64,000 nt of DNA from Anaeromyxobacteraceae bacterium (GCA_032654565.1 JAULAX010000015.1:288001-352000), one strand, 5' to 3'; shown: positions 24,062-37,183, counted from the stretch's first letter. A program made the numbers and translations. The notes: generated by a model not told the origin, from the letters alone.

Positions 24062-25170
24062 TCGCCTCGACCCTCGTCACCCTCGCGCTCAGCCTCACCC
24101 TCGGCCAGCACCAGCCCGCCGCCACCGGCGAGCCGGCCGATCCCCACGCCGGCCACGGCCACGCCGCCCCCGCGGCCGCGGTGGAGCAGGGCGCCGCCCC
24201 GGTCGACGCCCACGCCGCTCCGGCCGGGCACGCCGCCCCGGCCGGGCACGAGGCGGCCGCCGGCGCCCACGGCGGCGGCCACGACACCAGCCTCGGCACG
24301 GTGATGATGCACCACGTGACCGACGGCTACGTCATCGAGCACCCCGGCGTCTGCGAGGGCGGGTTCCGCTGGAACTGCGAGTGGAAGCTGAAGGAGACCT
24401 TCGGCGACGCCCTCAAGTTCGGCGCCCTCGACATGACCCCCACCAAGCACGTCATCTTCATGTGGCTGGCCTCGGCGCTGCTGCTGGTGGTGGTCTTCGC
24501 GGCGGTGCGCCGCAAGGCCCTGGTGCCGAAGGGGCTCTACAACTTCGTCGAGCTGCTGGTGGCCTTCGTCCGCAACGAGCTGGCGGTTCCCAACATCGGC
24601 AAGGAGAACGCCGACCGCTTCCTCCCCTACCTGCTCACCGCCTTCTTCTTCATCCTCTTCGTCAACCTCTTCGGCCTGCTCCCCTTCTCGGCCACCGCCA
24701 CCGCCAACATCAACGTGACGGTCTGCCTGGCGCTCTTCACCTTCGTCATCACCCAGTACGCCGCCATCCGCGCCATGGGGATGGGCGGCTACCTCGGCCA
24801 CCTCACCGGCGGGGTGCCGAAGTCGCTCTGGCCGCTCTGGCTGATCATGATCCCGGTGGAGTTCCTCGGCCTCTTCACCAAGCCCTTCGCCCTCACCGTC
24901 CGACTCTTCGCCAACATGGTGGCCGGCCACTTCGTCATCCTGGCCCTGCTCGGCCTGATCTTCGCCATCTCGGTCTGGGTCTTCCCGGTCTCCATGGCCC
25001 TGGCCCTGGCCATCTTCATGCTCGAGCTCTTCGTGGCCTTCGTGCAGGCCTACATCTTCACCATGCTCTCCTCGCTCTTCATCGGCGCCGCCTTCGCCAG
25101 CCACGGCCACGACGAGCACGACGAGCACGGCGCAGCCCACGGCGACCACGCCGCCGAGGCGCACCACTAG
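24058..25170 (+). CDS. atpB: ATP synthase Fo subunit a with His-rich extensions
   Basis: [48 protein letters not shown]. Confidence 0.97.
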   Translation: MIASTLVTLALSLTLGQHQPAATGEPADPHAGHGHAAPAAAVEQGAAPVDAHAAPAGHAAPAGHEAAAGAHGGGHDTSLGTVMMHHVTDGYVIEHPGVCEGGFRWNCEWKLKETFGDALKFGALDMTPTKHVIFMWLASALLLVVVFAAVRRKALVPKGLYNFVELLVAFVRNELAVPNIGKENADRFLPYLLTAFFFILFVNLFGLLPFSATATANINVTVCLALFTFVITQYAAIRAMGMGGYLGHLTGGVPKSLWPLWLIMIPVEFLGLFTKPFALTVRLFANMVAGHFVILALLGLIFAISVWVFPVSMALALAIFMLELFVAFVQAYIFTMLSSLFIGAAFASHGHDEHDEHGAAHGDHAAEAHH

Positions 25171-25302
25171 GCCTCCAACCTTCACACGCGGGCGGGGAGG
25201 TCCCCGGCCCAGCGGGCAGCAGGCGCGGCGGTTCGAGCGCCACGGGCAACAGGCGGCCCGATCCACCTTCCGCCCATACCGCAGCACCTACGGAGCCACA
25301 CC

Positions 25303-25533
25303 ATGAACCAGTTCTCGCTCGGGTACTTCGCCGCCGGCATCGGCGCCGGCCTCGCCGTCATCGGCGCCGGCCTCGGCATCGGCAAGCTCGCCGCCGCCGC
25401 CATGGAGGGCTCGGCCCGCCAGCCCACCGCCGCCGGCGACATCCGCACCTCGATGATCATCGCCGCCGCCCTCATCGAAGGCGCCACGCTCTTCGCCATC
25501 GTGGTCACGCTGCTCCTCGCCATCGCCAAGTAG
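25303..25533 (+). CDS. atpE: ATP synthase Fo subunit c
   Basis: GAGLGIG, ARQP loop, ALIEG ion-binding Glu; lacks the Na+ signature, so probably H+-coupled. Confidence 0.97.
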   Translation: MNQFSLGYFAAGIGAGLAVIGAGLGIGKLAAAAMEGSARQPTAAGDIRTSMIIAAALIEGATLFAIVVTLLLAIAK

Positions 25534-25568
25534 TCCGGCCCTCGCGGCCACGACTGGAAGGAGCCGAC

Positions 25569-26105
25569 ATGGCCCTCTTCACCGTCCCCGCCCCGGTGCT
25601 GGCTGCCGGAGCGCTGACCGACATCAACCCGGGGCTCACGCTCTGGGCCGCCATCACCTTCCTGGTCCTGATGGTGGTGCTCTCCAGGTTCGCCTGGGGC
25701 CCCATCGTCAAGATGCTCGACGAGCGGTCGAAGACCATCCACGAGGCCATCGACGCCGCCCGCAAGGAACGCGCCGAGGCCGAGCGGATGCTCGGCGAGC
25801 AGAAGGAGGCGCTGGCCCGGGCCACCCGCGAGGCGGCCGAGCTGGCCAAGCGGAACCAGCAGGAGGTCGAGGTGCTCCGCCAGGAGCTCACCGCCCGGGC
25901 GCGCAAGGAGGCCGACGAGCTGGTGGCCAGCGCCCGCAAGCAGATCGTCGAGGAGAAGTCCAAGGCCGTGGTCGAGCTGCGCCACCTGGCGGCCGATCTC
26001 GCCATCGACGCGGCGGGCCGGCTCATCAAGTCCAGCCTGGACGAGAAGGCGCAGCGCCAGCTGGTCGAGGACTACCTCAAGCAGCTCCCCACCGGCCGCG
26101 CCTAG
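25569..26105 (+). CDS. atpF: ATP synthase Fo subunit b
   Basis: INPGLTLW..ITFLVL...FAWGPI..MLDER followed by a long coiled coil. Confidence 0.95.
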   Translation: MALFTVPAPVLAAGALTDINPGLTLWAAITFLVLMVVLSRFAWGPIVKMLDERSKTIHEAIDAARKERAEAERMLGEQKEALARATREAAELAKRNQQEVEVLRQELTARARKEADELVASARKQIVEEKSKAVVELRHLAADLAIDAAGRLIKSSLDEKAQRQLVEDYLKQLPTGRA

Positions 26106-26186
26106 GCGCGTCGGCGGGAACCGGATCGCCGGCTCCGGCGGGCCCACCAGGTCCGCCGGGGCCGTTTCATTTTGGAAGGAAGCACC

Positions 26187-27293
26187 ATGGCACTCGGCAT
26201 CGGCATCGTCGGCCTCCCCAACGTGGGGAAGTCCACCCTCTTCAACGCGCTGCTCGGCACCGCCCAGGCGGCGGCGGCCAACTACCCCTTCTGCACCATC
26301 GAGCCGAACCTGGGCGTGGTGCCGGTGCCGGACCCGCGGCTCGACGCCCTCTCCGCCCTCTTCGGGCCGGAGAAGACCACCCCGACCACGCTGGAGTTCA
26401 TCGACATCGCCGGGCTGGTGGCCGGCGCCTCCAAGGGGGAGGGGCTGGGCAACCAGTTCCTCGCCACCATCCGCGAGGTCGACGCCATCGCCCACGTGCT
26501 GCGCTGCTTCGTGGACCCGGACGTCATCCACGTGGCCGGCAAGGTGGACCCGCGCTCCGACCGCGACGTGGTCGAGACCGAGCTGATGCTCAAGGACCTG
26601 GAGGGGGTCGACAAGCGGCGCGACCGGACCATCAAGAACACCAAGACCGCCGGCAAGGTCGGCGAGCTCTCCAAGGCCGAGGTGGTGCTGCTCGACCAGC
26701 TCAAGGCCGGGCTGGAGGCCGGCACCCCGGTGCGCCGGCAGAAGCTCTCGGAGGAGGGGCGGGCGCTGGCCAAGGAGCTGTCGCTGCTCACCTCGAAGCC
26801 GGTGCTCTACATCGCCAACGTCGACGACACCGAGCTGGCGCCCGATGACCCGCACGTGGCCCTGGTGAAGGCGCTGGCCGACGAGGAGGGCGCCCCCATG
26901 GTGGTCATCTGCGGCAAGGTCGAGGCCGAGCTGGTGGAGCTGCCGCCGGCCGAGCGGGCCGAGTTCCTGGCCAGCATGGGGATGACCGAGCCGGGCCTGA
27001 ACCGGCTGGTGCGGGCCGGCTACGACCTGCTCCACCTCATCACCTACTTCACCTCCGGCGGCGACGAGTGCCGCGCCTGGACGGTGCACCGCGGCGACAC
27101 CGCCCCCAAGGCGGCCGGCGTCATCCACACCGACTTCGAGAAGGGGTTCATCAAGGCCGAGGTGATCAAGGTGGCCGACCTGCTCGAGCTGAAGACCGAC
27201 GCCGCCTGCCGCGAAAAGGGGAAGCTGCGCGTCGAGGGGCGGGAGTACGTGGTGCAGGACGGCGACGTCATGCACTTCAGGTTCAATGTGTAG
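26187..27293 (+). CDS. ychF: redox-regulated ATPase YchF
   Basis: GIVGLPNVGKSTLFN, ANYPFCTIEPN, DIAGLV, GEGLGNQFL, IHTDFEKGFIKAE, FRFNV. Confidence 0.98.
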   Translation: MALGIGIVGLPNVGKSTLFNALLGTAQAAAANYPFCTIEPNLGVVPVPDPRLDALSALFGPEKTTPTTLEFIDIAGLVAGASKGEGLGNQFLATIREVDAIAHVLRCFVDPDVIHVAGKVDPRSDRDVVETELMLKDLEGVDKRRDRTIKNTKTAGKVGELSKAEVVLLDQLKAGLEAGTPVRRQKLSEEGRALAKELSLLTSKPVLYIANVDDTELAPDDPHVALVKALADEEGAPMVVICGKVEAELVELPPAERAEFLASMGMTEPGLNRLVRAGYDLLHLITYFTSGGDECRAWTVHRGDTAPKAAGVIHTDFEKGFIKAEVIKVADLLELKTDAACREKGKLRVEGREYVVQDGDVMHFRFNV

Positions 27294-27375
27294 GTGCTCC
27301 GGGATCGCGCCGGGGTCGCTTCGGGGCCCCACCGCTCCCTGCCGGCGCTCCCTCCGCCTGGAGGCCTGAACACGG

Positions 27376-27728
27376 CTAGTGTTCGGTCCTGACCGAGGGT
27401 AATCGATGACGCACCGGCCCGCGTCACGAACGGCCCAAGCGCCCGGCAACAGGGCGGTTCTGGCAGCTCCCCCATGACGCGCGACGGCTCCCGTGGGCTG
27501 CGCCGAGGCCCCGCCGGCTCGGGTCGCTCGCCGCGCCTGCGGCGCGCCTTCTCGCCAGGGGTCGGTCCGAGCCGGCGACCGTTCCGGGGCTGCGAAACTC
27601 GCGCCCGATCGGCGGAGCCCCGTCGCGCCCTGGGAGCCTCTCGTTCGTGCAGACCACCGTCGTGCCCTGACGTACCTCCCGATCGTCCCGCCCAACATTC
27701 ACCCTCGACGCGCCGGATCCGCCACGAG
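27376..27728. other. non-coding nested fold-back element (candidate structured RNA or MITE)
   Basis: Nested inverted repeats 27394-27400/27701-27707, 27425-27432/27642-27649, 27466-27471/27632-27637, 27479-27487/27620-27628, 27512-27522/27567-27577; no ORF with host codon bias. Confidence 0.55.
27387..27404 (+). repeat. 18-bp dispersed repeat, copy 2
   Basis: TCCTGACCGAGGGTAATC, identical to 9063-9080. Confidence 0.85.
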
Positions 27729-27845
27729 AGGCGCCCCAGGAGCGGAGGGACGCCACCGGCCGGGGGCGCGAGCCTCGCAGCCCCAGCACCGCTCGCCCAG
27801 ACGGAATCGAAACTGGCGAGAGGGCGCGCCGAAGGCGGGACGAGC

Positions 27846-28025
27846 GCCCCGGCGCGGTGGTGTCCTGCAGCGACCGGGCGCCGACGTGCGGAGCTCCGGC
27901 CGTGGTGTCTCGCGGCGACCGGGCGCCGACGTGCCGAGCGCCGGCCATGGTGTCCCGCAGCGACCGGGCGCCGACCCGCGGAGCCACGCCCAGAGAGCGA
28001 AGGAGCGACCGGGCACCGCCCGCGG
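27846..28025. repeat. 45-bp tandem repeat, 3 copies plus one degenerate copy
   Basis: Unit ~GAGCTCCGGCCGTGGTGTCTCGCGGCGACCGGGCGCCGACGTGCC starting at about 27846, 27891, 27936 and 27981. Confidence 0.85.
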
Positions 28026-28044
28026 AAGCTCCTCGGCCGTCCGC

Positions 28045-28434
28045 TCACCGCAAGGCGAGCCGCGCCACCGCCAGCCAGAAGGCGGCCCGGAAGGCCATCG
28101 CCACCACCGTCCTCGGCTCGTAGCCACCGCCGGCCGCCACGAAGAGGCCGAAGGCGGCGAAGGCGAGGAGGGTGGCCCCGCCGAGCAGCGCCGCCAGCCG
28201 GGCCGCCCAGCGGCGCCCCAGCGCCAGGCCAACGGCGGCGGCGACGTAGAGGAACCCGGCCAGGAAGTTGAAGAGCACCAGGCCCGGCAGGAACTGCCCC
28301 GCCTCGACCCGCGCCACCTCGGGGCCGAACAGGACCCGGCCGCCGGAGACCACGGTGGCCAGGCCGAAGAGCGCGGCGAAGGCGGCCACCGGCCAGCGCC
28401 ACCGGCCCGGCGCCGTGGTCGCCAGGGCGGTCAC
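28045..28434 (-). CDS. small integral membrane protein (about 4 TM)
   Basis: AALFGLATVVSGG...VLFNFLAGFLYVAAAVGL...YEPRTVVAMAFR; GTG overlaps the pdxA TGA. Confidence 0.8.
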   Translation of the reverse strand: MTALATTAPGRWRWPVAAFAALFGLATVVSGGRVLFGPEVARVEAGQFLPGLVLFNFLAGFLYVAAAVGLALGRRWAARLAALLGGATLLAFAAFGLFVAAGGGYEPRTVVAMAFRAAFWLAVARLALR

Positions 28435-29444
28435 CGCCCGGCCCTGGCCCGCACCGCGGCGATCTTCGCCGCCAGCCGCAGCGCCGCGATCATCGAGGCC
28501 GGGTTGGCCTTCCCGGTCCCGGCCAGCGAGTAGGCCACGCCGTGGTCCGGGCTGGTCCGCACCAGCGGCAGCCCCAGCGTCACGTTGACCGCGGCGTCGC
28601 CGGTCACGGCGTCGAGCAGCTTCACCGGGATCAGCCCCTGGTCGTGGTAGAGCGCCACCACCGCGTCGAACTCGCCGAGCGCGGCCCGGAAGAAGACCGA
28701 GTCGGCGGGGAAGGGGCCGGCGGCGGGGGTCCGCCCGCGCGCGGCCAGCCGCAAGGCCGGCGCCAGCAGGGCCGCCTCCTCGTCGCCCACCAGGCCACCG
28801 TCGCCGGCGTGCGGGTTCCAGGCGGCCAGCGCCACCCGCGGTCGGGCGAGGCCGAGGTCGTCGCGCAGCGCGCGCCAGGTGACGGCGATGGTCTCGGCGA
28901 TCAGGGCCGGGGTGAGCGCCCGCCGCACCCGCGACAGCGGCGCGTGGTTGGTCACCAGCGTCACCCGGAGCCGCTCCCCGGCCAGCATCATCACCGACCG
29001 CGCGGCGCCGCAGCGGGCCTCCAGCCACTCGGTGTGGCCGACGAAGCCGGGCAGCACCCGGGCCACCTGGGCCTTGCTGACCGGGGCGGTGCAGAGCGCC
29101 GCCGCCTGGCCGTTCACCACCGAATCGAAGGCGGCGGTCAGGAAGGCCAGCTGGGCCGAGGCCCCGCGCGCCGACGGCCGGCCGGCCCGCAGCGCCGCGG
29201 CCGGCAGCCGGGTCACCGCCACCAGCGCCCCGCCCGGCGGCACCGGCGCGCCCAGCCCCACCACCGGCAGCCGCAGCGCCGAGAGGCCGCGCGACAGCAG
29301 CCCGGGATCGCCGAAGAGCAGCGGCTCGACCTCGCCGCGCAGCGCGAGGAGCGCCGCCGCCGTCACCTCGGCGCCGATGCCGGAGGGATCGCCGAGGCTG
29401 ATGGCGATCCGCGGCGCGGACGGGCGGGGCGCGGCGCGAGCCAC
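28431..29444 (-). CDS. pdxA: 4-hydroxythreonine-4-phosphate dehydrogenase
   Basis: GDPSGIGAE, GHTE, NPHAGDGG, YHDQGLIPVK, NVTLGLPLVRTSPDHG. Confidence 0.97.
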   Translation of the reverse strand: MARAAPRPSAPRIAISLGDPSGIGAEVTAAALLALRGEVEPLLFGDPGLLSRGLSALRLPVVGLGAPVPPGGALVAVTRLPAAALRAGRPSARGASAQLAFLTAAFDSVVNGQAAALCTAPVSKAQVARVLPGFVGHTEWLEARCGAARSVMMLAGERLRVTLVTNHAPLSRVRRALTPALIAETIAVTWRALRDDLGLARPRVALAAWNPHAGDGGLVGDEEAALLAPALRLAARGRTPAAGPFPADSVFFRAALGEFDAVVALYHDQGLIPVKLLDAVTGDAAVNVTLGLPLVRTSPDHGVAYSLAGTGKANPASMIAALRLAAKIAAVRARAGR

Positions 29445-29447
29445 CCC

Positions 29448-30500
29448 CTACTCCTTCAGCTCGGGGATGCGGATGTCGAGCACCGCCTCGCGCCGCAGCT
29501 CGGCCAGGTACTGCTCCCGGTAGGCCTGGGTCTGCTCCATGCTGAGCCGCTCGCGGACCTCCTCCTTGGCCTGGTCGAAGCTCTTGCCGCCGCCGAACCG
29601 CCGCTCCTCCACCTTGAAGAGGTGGATGGCCGGACCGGCGCGCACCAGCCTGCTCACCTCGCCGTCCTTGAGCGCGAAGACCAGCTCCTCCAGCGAGCGC
29701 TGCATGGTGCCGCGGCGCAGCCAGCCGAGGTCGCCGCCGTCGCTGGCCCCTGGCCCCTTGGAGACCGTCCTGGCCAGGTCCGCGAAGGGCTCGCCCGCGG
29801 CCAGCCGCTGCAGCACCTTCTCGCCCGCCGCCTGCACGCGGGCCACCTCGGCGGCCGGCGCGTCCTCGGGCAGCGGCAGCAGCACGTGGCGGACGTGGAG
29901 CTCCTCCTGCCCCTGGAACTCGCCGGGGTGCTGCTGGTAGTAGTTCCTCACGTCGTCGTCGCTGAGCCGCACCTTGCCGCGCACCTTCTCGGCGAGGACC
30001 CGGTAGCTCTCCAGCTGGCCGCGGATCTGCTCGCGGAAGGCGGCCCGGGTCAGGTTCTGGTCGGCCAGCATCTGGTCGAGCACCTTGTCGTCGGCGTTGT
30101 TCCGCTTCTTGATGTCGTCGATGGCGGTGTTGACCTGGTCGTCGCCGATCTCGACCTGCAGGACCACGGCCTGGGCGTGGAAGAGCTTCTCCGCCACCAC
30201 CTGGTCGAAGGCCCGGCGCAGCACCAGGGCCACCGCCTTGTCGCGCGCCGGCCCGGGCGGCCCCTGGGCGGCCCGCCGCCACTCGTCACCGGCCCGCTGC
30301 TCCAGCTCGGCCTGGGTGACCACCTCGCCGTTGACGGTGGCCGCCACCCGGTTGAGCACCAGGCGCGGGGCCGGGGTCACCGCCCCCGGCGCCGCCGCGG
30401 CCGAACTGGCGGGCGTCGCCGCCGGAGCCGGCGAGGCGGGCGGGGCGGCCGGAGCGGCGGCCAGGGCGAGCAGCAGCAGGGGGAGCGAAGTCAGGGTCAC
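29448..30500 (-). CDS. SurA-like chaperone/parvulin PPIase
   Basis: Signal peptide, NRVAATVNGEVVT SurA N-domain, VRHVLL...GEPFADLA...GGDLGW. Confidence 0.9.
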   Translation of the reverse strand: MTLTSLPLLLLALAAAPAAPPASPAPAATPASSAAAAPGAVTPAPRLVLNRVAATVNGEVVTQAELEQRAGDEWRRAAQGPPGPARDKAVALVLRRAFDQVVAEKLFHAQAVVLQVEIGDDQVNTAIDDIKKRNNADDKVLDQMLADQNLTRAAFREQIRGQLESYRVLAEKVRGKVRLSDDDVRNYYQQHPGEFQGQEELHVRHVLLPLPEDAPAAEVARVQAAGEKVLQRLAAGEPFADLARTVSKGPGASDGGDLGWLRRGTMQRSLEELVFALKDGEVSRLVRAGPAIHLFKVEERRFGGGKSFDQAKEEVRERLSMEQTQAYREQYLAELRREAVLDIRIPELKE

Positions 30501-31453
30501 GGAGTCACCGCGGAGAGGGAGGCCTGGTCGACCTGGATGGTGGCGCGGGCCCGCAGGGAGGCCAGGTACTCCTCCTGGGCGCGGGCCCGGCGGTCACGGA
30601 GCAGCCGCTCGGTGATCTCGCCGCGCGCCTGGTCGAGGGTGCGCTTGCTGGCCCCCTTGCGCTCCACCACCCGGAACAGGTGGAAGCCGTAGGGGGAGGG
30701 GACCACGTCGGAGACGTAGTTGAGGGGCAGCGAGAAGCAGACGTCGAAGACCTCGGGGAAGCCGGCGCCGCGGCCGATCCAGCCCAGCTCGCCGCCGTTC
30801 TTCCCCTCCGGCCCGATCGAGCTGGCCCGGGCCACCTCGGCGAACCTGGAGGGATCGCGCCGCAGCCGGTCGCGCAGCGTGGCCGCCTCGTCGCGGCTCG
30901 ACACCACCACCTGCAGCACCCGCACCCGCTCCGGCTCGTTGAACTCGGCGGCGTGCTCGGCGAACCACTTCTCCACCTCGGCGGGCGGGACCTGCACCCG
31001 GGGGAAGACCTCGTCGTGGAAGAGCCGCTCCACGGTGAGCTGCTCCTTGAGCCGGGCCTTGAGGTCGGCCTGGCTGAGCCGCTCGCGGGCCAGCAGGTCG
31101 TCGAAGTGGGTGCCGGGGTACTCGCCGCGCACCCGCAGGAAGGCGCGCTCCACCTGCTCCTGGCTCACCGCGATGGAGCGGGCCCGGGCCTGCTGGAGCA
31201 GCAGGGCCCGGTCGACCAGGCCGTCGAGGACCCGCTTGCGGAGCGGCTCGCCGGGCGCGTCGCCCTCGCCGCCGGCGCGGATCTGGCGCAGCTCCCGGGC
31301 CAGCGCCTCGGCCGGGATCGACTCGCCGTTGACGACCGCCACCGGGCGCGGGCCCGCCGCGACCCCCGCGCCCGCGCCACCCCCGCAGCGGCCGCAGGCG
31401 GCGACCGAGAGGGTGACGAGGGCCAGCAGGCCGAGCGAACCGGCGCGGCGCAC
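30497..31453 (-). CDS. parvulin (PpiC-type) PPIase, probable lipoprotein
   Basis: LSVAAC lipobox, VAVVNGE, FAEVAR..S..PEGKNGGELGW, SPYGFHLF. Confidence 0.9.
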   Translation of the reverse strand: MRRAGSLGLLALVTLSVAACGRCGGGAGAGVAAGPRPVAVVNGESIPAEALARELRQIRAGGEGDAPGEPLRKRVLDGLVDRALLLQQARARSIAVSQEQVERAFLRVRGEYPGTHFDDLLARERLSQADLKARLKEQLTVERLFHDEVFPRVQVPPAEVEKWFAEHAAEFNEPERVRVLQVVVSSRDEAATLRDRLRRDPSRFAEVARASSIGPEGKNGGELGWIGRGAGFPEVFDVCFSLPLNYVSDVVPSPYGFHLFRVVERKGASKRTLDQARGEITERLLRDRRARAQEEYLASLRARATIQVDQASLSAVTP

Positions 31454-32439
31454 TACTTGGTGGCTGGCGCCGGGGGCGCCGGGGGAGGCTGCGACATGGC
31501 CGGCATGCCGGGCATGCCCGGGGCGCCGGTCGGCGCGGCGGCCACCACCACGGCCTCCAGCGCCTTGTCGTCGACGGTGATCTTGGCGTCGTCACGCAGC
31601 TTCTTGACCAGGTCGTCGAACTCCTTGGTGCGACGCTCGCGGGTCAGCTTCTGGCTGATCTGCGCCTTGACCTGGTCGAAGCCGCGCGACAGCTCCTCCT
31701 GCACGCCGGCCACCCGGACCAGGTAGACGCCCTGGGCCCCCTCGATGACCCCGGAGGTCTCGCCGGCCTTGAGCGCGAAGGCGGCCTGGGCCAGCTCCTT
31801 GCCGAAGCTCTTCTCCAGCTCCTCGGCCGACTTGAAGCCGAGGTCGCCGGCCACGCCCTTGCTGGCGGCGTCCTCGGTGAACTCGGCCACCGCCTGCTGG
31901 AAGGCGGCCGGGTTCTTCTTCTCCTCGGCCCGCACCTTGGCCAGGGCCTTCTTCGCCGCCGCCACCTTCTTGGCGCGGTCGGGCGAGCCGGCCGGGGCGT
32001 TGAAGACGATGGCGGCGACGCGCGCCTTCTTGGGACGGTTGAACTCGTCCTTGTGCTCGTCGTAGTACTTCTGGGTCTCGGCCTCGGGCAGCTCCTTGGC
32101 GGCGCCCGGATCCTGGAAGGAGCGCTGCACCAGCTTCTGCACCATGATCTTGCGGAGCGTCAGCTGCACCTCGGGGTCCTTGTCCAGCCCCTGCCGCTCG
32201 GCCTCCTTGGCCAGCACCTCGAAGCGGACCAGGTTGTCGAGGAACTCCTTCTTCCGGTCCAGCGTGGCGTAGCGGGCGCGGATGAAGGGCGACTGCTCGT
32301 CGAGCCGGGCCTTGAACTCCTCGGCGGTGATGGTGATGCCGTTGCCGGTGGCGACGGCGGGGCCGCTCTTCTTGGGGCCGGAGTTGCCGCAGGCGGCCAG
32401 CGCCGCGGCGACGGTGACCAGCGCGATTCGACGAACCAT
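31453..32439 (-). CDS. parvulin (PpiC/PrsA-like) PPIase, probable lipoprotein
   Basis: ALAAC lipobox, TEDAASKGVAGDLGF, GETSGVIE...GVYLV. Confidence 0.88.
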   Translation of the reverse strand: MVRRIALVTVAAALAACGNSGPKKSGPAVATGNGITITAEEFKARLDEQSPFIRARYATLDRKKEFLDNLVRFEVLAKEAERQGLDKDPEVQLTLRKIMVQKLVQRSFQDPGAAKELPEAETQKYYDEHKDEFNRPKKARVAAIVFNAPAGSPDRAKKVAAAKKALAKVRAEEKKNPAAFQQAVAEFTEDAASKGVAGDLGFKSAEELEKSFGKELAQAAFALKAGETSGVIEGAQGVYLVRVAGVQEELSRGFDQVKAQISQKLTRERRTKEFDDLVKKLRDDAKITVDDKALEAVVVAAAPTGAPGMPGMPAMSQPPPAPPAPATK

Positions 32440-32636
32440 GGGGTGAGGCTCCTTGGTGGGTGCGGCCGGGCTGGCCGCTGGGTTTCAACGCGCGGGTGGG
32501 GGGAGATCTTCCCCCGGGTGCTGCCCCCCGCGAGCCTGAGGGAGGGCCGGAAAAGACCACGGAACGACGGATGGATCAAGCGCCGCCGGGCCCGCGGCAC
32601 GGCCCCCCGGGGCGCCCCCGCGGGGGGGCGCCGGGG

Positions 32637-36308
<3,672 letters not shown>

Positions 36309-36392
36309 GGGGTGCGGTCGGCGGGGCGGGTCATAACACGCCGGCCGGACCGCCCCGGGAAGGGGCCCAGGCGGGCCAATTCACCCGCTTCC

Positions 36393-36421
36393 TTGATCCA
36401 AACCGGGACCATGACTATCCT
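36393..36421 (+). promoter_or_regulatory. putative promoter of the TPR-hrcA-grpE-dnaK unit
   Basis: TTGATC-17bp-TATCCT with extended TG. Confidence 0.5.
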
Positions 36422-36455
36422 CGGTGCTGGACCGGTCCGCCGCCTCGAGGCCTCG

Positions 36456-37166
36456 TTGCGCAACTCTTCGACAAAACTGGGAAAGTTCCCGCTGCTGGCG
36501 TTGCTGGCGCTGGCCGCCTGCGGCGGGGCGGAGCCGTCGCGCCTCGCCATCCGCGAGGACTCGACGCCGGCCCTGGCCGCGCTGGCCGCGCCCGCCACCG
36601 CCGGGGCCGCCCTCCTCTTCGCCGGCGACCTGGCCGGCGCCCGCGCCGCCTACGAGGCCGAGCTCGGCAACGACCCCGACCGGCTCGGCGCCCTCAACGA
36701 CCTGGCGGTCGGCTACCTGCTCGACGGCCACGTCGACGCCGCCCGCCGGCTGCTCGACGAGGTGGTGGCCAGCGGCCGCCCCCGCCAGCAGCAGGCGGCG
36801 CTGCTCAACCTGGGCGCCCTCTACGCCGTCGAGGGGCACGCCACCGCCGCCCAGGCCTACCTGGTGGCGGCCCGCGGCCTCGACCCGTCCCGCCCCGAGC
36901 CGCACTACGCGCTGGCGCTGCTCTCCGACGCCCGCGGCGACCAGGCCGCGGCCCGGGCCTCGCTGCGCGAGGCGCTCCGGCTCGACGACGGCACCGCCCG
37001 CGCCGGCATCGCCTTCCCCTTCCGCGAGGGGCGCCGCCAGCTCGAGGCCCTGCTGGCCGAGCAGGCCGGCGACGCCGTCGCGGCCACCGCCGCCTGGCGC
37101 GAGCTGGCCCAGGGGCGGTTCCCGGCCCTCTCCGGCGCGGCCCAGCGCCACCTGCGCGAGCCGTAG
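36456..37166 (+). CDS. TPR-repeat lipoprotein
   Basis: [10 protein letters not shown] lipobox; [18 protein letters not shown] and [11 protein letters not shown] motifs. TTG start after GAGG chosen; the alternative ATG 36411 lies inside the promoter. Confidence 0.75.
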   Translation: MRNSSTKLGKFPLLALLALAACGGAEPSRLAIREDSTPALAALAAPATAGAALLFAGDLAGARAAYEAELGNDPDRLGALNDLAVGYLLDGHVDAARRLLDEVVASGRPRQQQAALLNLGALYAVEGHATAAQAYLVAARGLDPSRPEPHYALALLSDARGDQAAARASLREALRLDDGTARAGIAFPFREGRRQLEALLAEQAGDAVAATAAWRELAQGRFPALSGAAQRHLREP

Positions 37167-37183
37167 GGGCGGGGGGCCGAGGC

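Noticed and set aside
25227..25241. tRNA-like GGTTCGA T-loop
   Set aside because: No proper T-stem closure, acceptor stem or anticodon arm.
25303..25533. Na+-translocating ATP synthase
   Set aside because: Subunit c has GIG and EGATLF rather than the Q/E...ES..Y sodium-binding signature.
27365..27386. LexA/SOS box (CTGAAC...GTTCGG)
   Set aside because: The arms are 9 nt apart rather than the 4 nt of GAAC-N4-GTTC-type boxes; treated as a hairpin at the edge of the fold-back element.
27846..28025. Possible CRISPR array
   Set aside because: Contiguous near-identical 45-bp units with no unique spacers, and no cas genes in the window.
27294..28044. Protein-coding ORFs or RNase P, SRP or tmRNA genes in the post-ychF gap
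   Set aside because: The ORFs are Arg/Pro/Gly-rich without GC3 bias, and the hallmark motifs of those RNAs were not seen.
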